From: an uncultured Eubacteriales bacterium
Lineage (GTDB): Bacteria > Bacillota > Clostridia > Oscillospirales > Oscillospiraceae
Length of the DNA stretch: 64,000 nucleotides
Direction of reading: 5' to 3'
NCBI GenBank assembly: GCA_965146675.1
Contig: CBCTHM010000012.1
Location: 2,748-66,747, forward strand
Part shown: positions 59,752-64,000 of the stretch, in pieces
Layout of the letters: each line of letters opens with the position of its first letter
Numbering within the stretch: the first letter of the stretch is position 1
Translations under genes and position numbers: made by a program
The notes under the pieces: model-generated
What the model saw: the letters and a program-made list of their open reading frames with translations, nothing else
Told to the model about the DNA's origin: nothing
Databases searched by the model: none

Positions 59752-61590
59752 TCAGCCCCGGGCCTGGGCCACCAGCTCCAGAAGCTCCTGCTCGGTGGTG
59801 GTGTCGTACACATAGTCCCGATGCATGGACAAAAGGCTCTGTCCCATCCCCCGGACCAGGGTATTGACCCCAGGATCCGTTCCCATGGTCATTGTAAAGC
59901 CGGCCTCCTGAAGCACTGCCTGGCTCAGGGTATCCCAATACCCAGCGGGATAGGCCATGGCCTCCGGCAGCTGCCCCGTCATGTCCGCAACAAGCGTCCG
60001 AATCCTTTCGGAATCCGCCTTCAGCGCCTGGGCATAGGCCCACTGATCCTCTCCCTCCTGGATGAGAATTGTCCCCCGGATCAAATCCGAGGTCTCATAT
60101 TGGGCCGACTGGTGCATGTCAAAGGTGTGGCTCTGGATGGAAATCAAGCCGGAATCCACCATCTCCCGGGCCTGGGCCGCGTCGAAATGGGGGTAGATGG
60201 GCTGGCCGGTCTCCTTATAGGTGTCCTTCCCCACAGAAGAACCAATGACAAAAATCGTTGCCTTCATTCCATACTTTTGCAGCACCGGGAACGCATACTC
60301 GTAGTTGCTCTCGTACCCATCGTCGAAGGTGATGCAAACAGGCTTGTCCGGGAGTTCCGCCCCCTCGTAGACATAAGCGCGCAGCTCCTCCAGGGAGACG
60401 GCGGTATAGCCGCTCTCCGCCAGAGTACGAATCTGCCGCTCGAACTGCTCCGGCGAGACCATCATATCGTTGGTCACATCCTCTGCGATATGATGATAGA
60501 GCAAAATGGGCACCTGGGCCGTAAACGCCTCCTTCTCCAGGGGCTCGCAGGTCCAAAAAGTATCCAGGTGCTGCGCCACGTTCTCCTTCGTCACATAGAC
60601 ACCGAAGTCCTCCGGCACATAGACGGTCTCATCGTGAAATATCCGGGCCAGGGCCATGTCGCCCACGCAGTTGCGGAAATGCGTGTCGTCATAAAAATAC
60701 CGGGGTTCAAAGCTGACGGAGCTCATGGTGAAATCCCAATAGGGGGTCACCTCCGCCAAAGCGGTGTAAAACTGACGGACCTGGGGCTCGTAATAGTTGT
60801 ACAGACACTGGCTGTAAACTGGCGAGCAAACCACCGTGAGTTCCACCCCCTTCTCCTGGCACAGCTCCACAATCCGCCGCACGCTCTGCACACATTCCCC
60901 AATGGAGGTGAGCCCGGCCCGGTCCGTGGTGTAATTGGAAAACACAGGATAGGCCGCAAGGTACCGCTCCAGATCCCCAATCGGCTCCGCGTCCCGCTTT
61001 CGCTTGTCGTAGGTTCCCGTCTCCTCGTCAAACACATCGAAGGTACGGGGCAGGTATTCGTCCTCCCCACGAGCCTGCAGCTTGGCCTTGGCGTACCGTA
61101 GGTCAGCAAACAGATAGCCAGCGTAGTAGGAAATGGGATTGCTGCCGGAGACCTTACTGGGCATCTTCCTGGTCAGGTCGTCCTCCCCCGTGTCGTAAGT
61201 CTGGCCGTTGGATATATAGACGTTCACCACCAAGTGCTTCACTGTGTAATTTTCCAGGAGGTACCGGCAGGTCTGCTCCGTGTCCAGCATATCCGCGCCG
61301 TAGGAGATCATATTGTAAAATTTCGCGTCAAAATATTGGTTTAGCCGCTCCGTGGGGAAGGAACTGGTCGCGGAGCAACCTACGATATAGGAATCATACT
61401 CCTGGTGGTACCGCTCCAAATAGCTAAATTTGGCCGTACGGGGATTATTGGTCTCGTCGTAGGACCACCACTGGAAAATGGAGTCCCCAAATACGCCGAA
61501 GGGGTCCACCAGCGCATTGACGCCCGCCACCAGCGCCGCCAGCAGCAGGACCGTCAGGAAAAAGACAAGCAGCCATTTTTTTGCACTCAT
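59752..61590 (-). CDS. Membrane-anchored fusion of an SGNH/DltD-like acyltransferase domain and a NodB (IcaB-like) polysaccharide deacetylase
   Basis: N-terminal TM and DPFG; IVGCS and YFYDDTHF (Ser...DxxH); then PILLYHH, ITFDDGY, QSHTFDMH, AYPAG. Confidence 0.8.
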   Translation of the reverse strand: MSAKKWLLVFFLTVLLLAALVAGVNALVDPFGVFGDSIFQWWSYDETNNPRTAKFSYLERYHQEYDSYIVGCSATSSFPTERLNQYFDAKFYNMISYGADMLDTEQTCRYLLENYTVKHLVVNVYISNGQTYDTGEDDLTRKMPSKVSGSNPISYYAGYLFADLRYAKAKLQARGEDEYLPRTFDVFDEETGTYDKRKRDAEPIGDLERYLAAYPVFSNYTTDRAGLTSIGECVQSVRRIVELCQEKGVELTVVCSPVYSQCLYNYYEPQVRQFYTALAEVTPYWDFTMSSVSFEPRYFYDDTHFRNCVGDMALARIFHDETVYVPEDFGVYVTKENVAQHLDTFWTCEPLEKEAFTAQVPILLYHHIAEDVTNDMMVSPEQFERQIRTLAESGYTAVSLEELRAYVYEGAELPDKPVCITFDDGYESNYEYAFPVLQKYGMKATIFVIGSSVGKDTYKETGQPIYPHFDAAQAREMVDSGLISIQSHTFDMHQSAQYETSDLIRGTILIQEGEDQWAYAQALKADSERIRTLVADMTGQLPEAMAYPAGYWDTLSQAVLQEAGFTMTMGTDPGVNTLVRGMGQSLLSMHRDYVYDTTTEQELLELVAQARG

Positions 61591-61599
61591 AAGCATCCT

Positions 61600-63144
61600 T
61601 TAAAATTGGGTGTAGATAAATTCCGAGGCGATATACTCCCCGCGCATGACCCCCAAAAGCAGCAGCGCCAGCAGGAATCCAAACAGCACCAGCCATTGGA
61701 CCGCGCCCTTCTGCTTCGCCAGGGTTCTTCGCGGGTCTCCCCCCCGCTCCAGGCGCCACTCCAGGACCAGCACCAAAGCCATACCGGCCAGCGTCACCCC
61801 AAAGTCCCAGCGGGACAAGCCCAGGGTCCAGAAGGTGCCGTCCAGCAACTCGTGAAGACGGAAATGGGTCAGGGTGGTCTTCAGCATGGAAAAGGCCACC
61901 AGCAGCCGGGGCGCTCGGGTGATGTACCGGCCGATCAGCACCAGCAGGAAGGTTCGCAGAATCCGGAAGCCATGGTACCAGCGGCTCTCTTCTCGGATGC
62001 CCAGCCTCTGCCGCAGACGGCGGAAGCGGTCCTCCAGGAGCAGCGCGGCGGTGATGAGCACCCCGTTCCACAGGCCGAAGGCCACATAGCGCAGGTTCGC
62101 TCCATGCCAAATGCCGATGATGAAATAGACCAAAAACGTGGCCAGGGAGGTGGGCAGAATTTTGCCCAAGGTCCCCTTCAGGTGCTTGCGAGACCATTTT
62201 CCCAGGCGGCCGAAGGGCTTAGACAGGGATAGGGGGTAAAATACATAGTCCCGCATCCAAGTGCCCAGGGTGATGTGCCACCGCCGCCAATAATCTGCCA
62301 GAGAGGTGGCAAAATAGGGATTATGAAAATTTTCCGCCAGCCGGATGCCGAACATCCGGGCCACGCCCCGGGCAATATCGATGCCCCCGGAGAAATCGCA
62401 GTACAGTTGGACGCTGTAGAGAACCACGGCGGAGAGCGTCACCGCGCCGCCATAGGAGCCGCTGTTGGCGAACACTGCATTCACCGCGATGGCAGCCCGG
62501 TCCGCAATGACCAACTTTTTAAAATACCCCCACAGGGCCGTCTGCACGCCGGTCTGCAGGTCCTCCCAGTCCAAGGGCTTCCCCGCCGTCAACTGGGGCG
62601 CCAGCTGGCGAATGCGCCCGATGGGGCCCTGCACCATCTGCGGAAAAAACGACAGAAACAGGGCCAGCTTGCCGGGATTCTGCTCCGCCTGGGTCTTGCC
62701 CCGGTACACGTCCACCACATAGCCCACGGCCTGAAAAATAAAATAGGAAACCGCCATGGGCATGAGCAGGTCCAGCCGGGGCAGGCCGCCCAGCAGTTCC
62801 GCCGTGAAGTTCCAATACTTGAGAACATACAAAAGCCCAAAGCACAAAAGGCATTGAGCCAGCACCACCAGCCGCTTTTTCCGGCGGATCCTCACCAGGC
62901 CCGCCGCCTTCTGCTCCGCCGGCAGTGCAGCCCGCTGCCGATTCAGCCGGCCCAGGAGCCGGCCAGAGCCGTAGGTCAGGGCCGTGACCCCCAGCAGCCA
63001 AGCCGTGGCCGGGCCGTTTCCTACGAAGTAAAAGACATAGCTGACGGCCAGCAGAGCCGTCCAGCGGAACCGGGCCGGCAGGAGAAAATACAGCAGCAGG
63101 GACAGGGCCGTGAAGGCCAAAAAGGTCCAGGATGTGAAAGCCAT
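61600..63144 (-). CDS. MBOAT O-acyltransferase (DltB/AlgI family)
   Basis: SFFPQMVQGPI, YCDFSG, WRRWHITL, GIWHG, C-terminal FIYTQF. Confidence 0.93.
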   Translation of the reverse strand: MAFTSWTFLAFTALSLLLYFLLPARFRWTALLAVSYVFYFVGNGPATAWLLGVTALTYGSGRLLGRLNRQRAALPAEQKAAGLVRIRRKKRLVVLAQCLLCFGLLYVLKYWNFTAELLGGLPRLDLLMPMAVSYFIFQAVGYVVDVYRGKTQAEQNPGKLALFLSFFPQMVQGPIGRIRQLAPQLTAGKPLDWEDLQTGVQTALWGYFKKLVIADRAAIAVNAVFANSGSYGGAVTLSAVVLYSVQLYCDFSGGIDIARGVARMFGIRLAENFHNPYFATSLADYWRRWHITLGTWMRDYVFYPLSLSKPFGRLGKWSRKHLKGTLGKILPTSLATFLVYFIIGIWHGANLRYVAFGLWNGVLITAALLLEDRFRRLRQRLGIREESRWYHGFRILRTFLLVLIGRYITRAPRLLVAFSMLKTTLTHFRLHELLDGTFWTLGLSRWDFGVTLAGMALVLVLEWRLERGGDPRRTLAKQKGAVQWLVLFGFLLALLLLGVMRGEYIASEFIYTQF

Positions 63145-63148
63145 GGGC

Positions 63149-63373
63149 CTATTTGCGGCTCTCGATCAGCGATAGCATCGCGTCCACCGAGTTAAAATGC
63201 TCCGGCTCCAGGTCCTCTACGTCCAGCTCCACCTGAAAAACGTCCATCATCTGGGTCACCAGGGTCACCAGGTCCAGGGAGTCCAAAATGCCGTCGTCTA
63301 TTAACGCCGTTTCCCGGGCAAAGTCCACCCCCGGGCAGGTCTCTGATAGGATTTGCAACAGTTTTTCTCTCAT
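63149..63373 (-). CDS. Acyl/aminoacyl carrier protein (DltC-like)
   Basis: 74 aa, acidic, GILDSLDLV phosphopantetheine site, PEHFNSV. Confidence 0.9.
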   Translation of the reverse strand: MREKLLQILSETCPGVDFARETALIDDGILDSLDLVTLVTQMMDVFQVELDVEDLEPEHFNSVDAMLSLIESRK

Positions 63374-63374
63374 T

Positions 63375-64000
63375 TCAAATCGTCCTTTCTCGAAGCAGAA
63401 CGCTGGAATGGCAGCCGTCCTGCATAAATCCCACTTTTTGATAGGCTGCCAGGGCCGCTGCATTGGTCTGGCCGGTCCACACCTGGGCGCGCCTCTGCCC
63501 CACCTGGGACAGAAAGGCGCGCAGCAGCCTGGTCCCCAGGCCCTGAGCCCTGGCGTCCGCCCGCACCGCCAGATGACGGATTTCCCAGAACCCCGGCGCC
63601 CGCCGGAACTGTAAAACCCCGGTGAGCCCGCCGTCAGTACTTCGGGTCAACAGCAAATTTCCCTGGGCCCCGTCCTCCCGGAGCTCGTCCACCCCAGGCA
63701 GGCAGCCTGTGAGGGGGTCCAGGCTGGCCCGCAAAAGGTCCAACACCTCCCGGGCATCCTCCGGCGCGCCGGGGTGCACCGGGTCCTCCAGCGCCTGAAC
63801 GGGATCTGCCGGATAGCATTGCAGCCGCACCCGACGCAGAAGCGGCGAAAAACCCGCCGCCCCCAGCTTGGCCAGGAGCGCGGCTTCCGAGCCTGCGTCC
63901 TTGGGTCGAATGGGAACCTCAGTCACCACAGGCCCCTCCGCCTCCGGCGCTGGAAAACCTCCGCCCGACTGAAGATAGAATTGCAGCAGCCAGTGGTCCG
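63375..64000 (-). CDS. GNAT acetyltransferase; 5' end lies beyond the window
   Basis: HLAVRADARAQGLG, NAAALAAYQKVGF; frame stays open to position 64000. Confidence 0.85.
   Translation of the reverse strand, partial: DHWLLQFYLQSGGGFPAPEAEGPVVTEVPIRPKDAGSEAALLAKLGAAGFSPLLRRVRLQCYPADPVQALEDPVHPGAPEDAREVLDLLRASLDPLTGCLPGVDELREDGAQGNLLLTRSTDGGLTGVLQFRRAPGFWEIRHLAVRADARAQGLGTRLLRAFLSQVGQRRAQVWTGQTNAAALAAYQKVGFMQDGCHSSVLLRERTI

Noticed and set aside
61600..63373. Calling the MBOAT and carrier genes dltB and dltC
   Set aside because: The MBOAT is longer and AlgI-like with a fused FIYxxF tail, no dltA is visible in the window, and the substrate is unknown.

Overview
GC-rich chromosomal region of a spore-forming Clostridia bacterium, probably Oscillospiraceae-like (inferred from spoIVA, spoIIGA-sigE, polC, hprK, rex and SLH domains). 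Most of the window is core genome: spoIVA, hprK, rpmB, an EF-G paralogue, CIRCE-controlled clpB, rex, sigE/spoIIGA, rarA, nth, udp, the pyrH-frr-uppS-cdsA-dxr-rseP-ispG-polC cluster and glnS. Accessory loci include: an SCP2-like protein plus class III aminotransferase pair; an ECF sigma/anti-sigma pair; a 2147-aa SLH-anchored S8 protease between two Wzy_C-like membrane proteins; a PadR operon; a MarR-ABC exporter; two AT-rich islets; and a GNAT-ACP-MBOAT operon ending in a gene that fuses an SGNH-like domain to a NodB deacetylase. Two non-coding repeat families stand out. One is a set of GTAG-type REP palindromes in at least 7 clusters. The other is a ~210-bp TIR-bounded element (two long copies, one partial copy and nested derivatives) whose internal hairpins show compensatory base changes. 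No rRNA, tRNA, CRISPR array or intact transposase/integrase was seen. All family assignments come from motif recognition by eye; no database searches were run.
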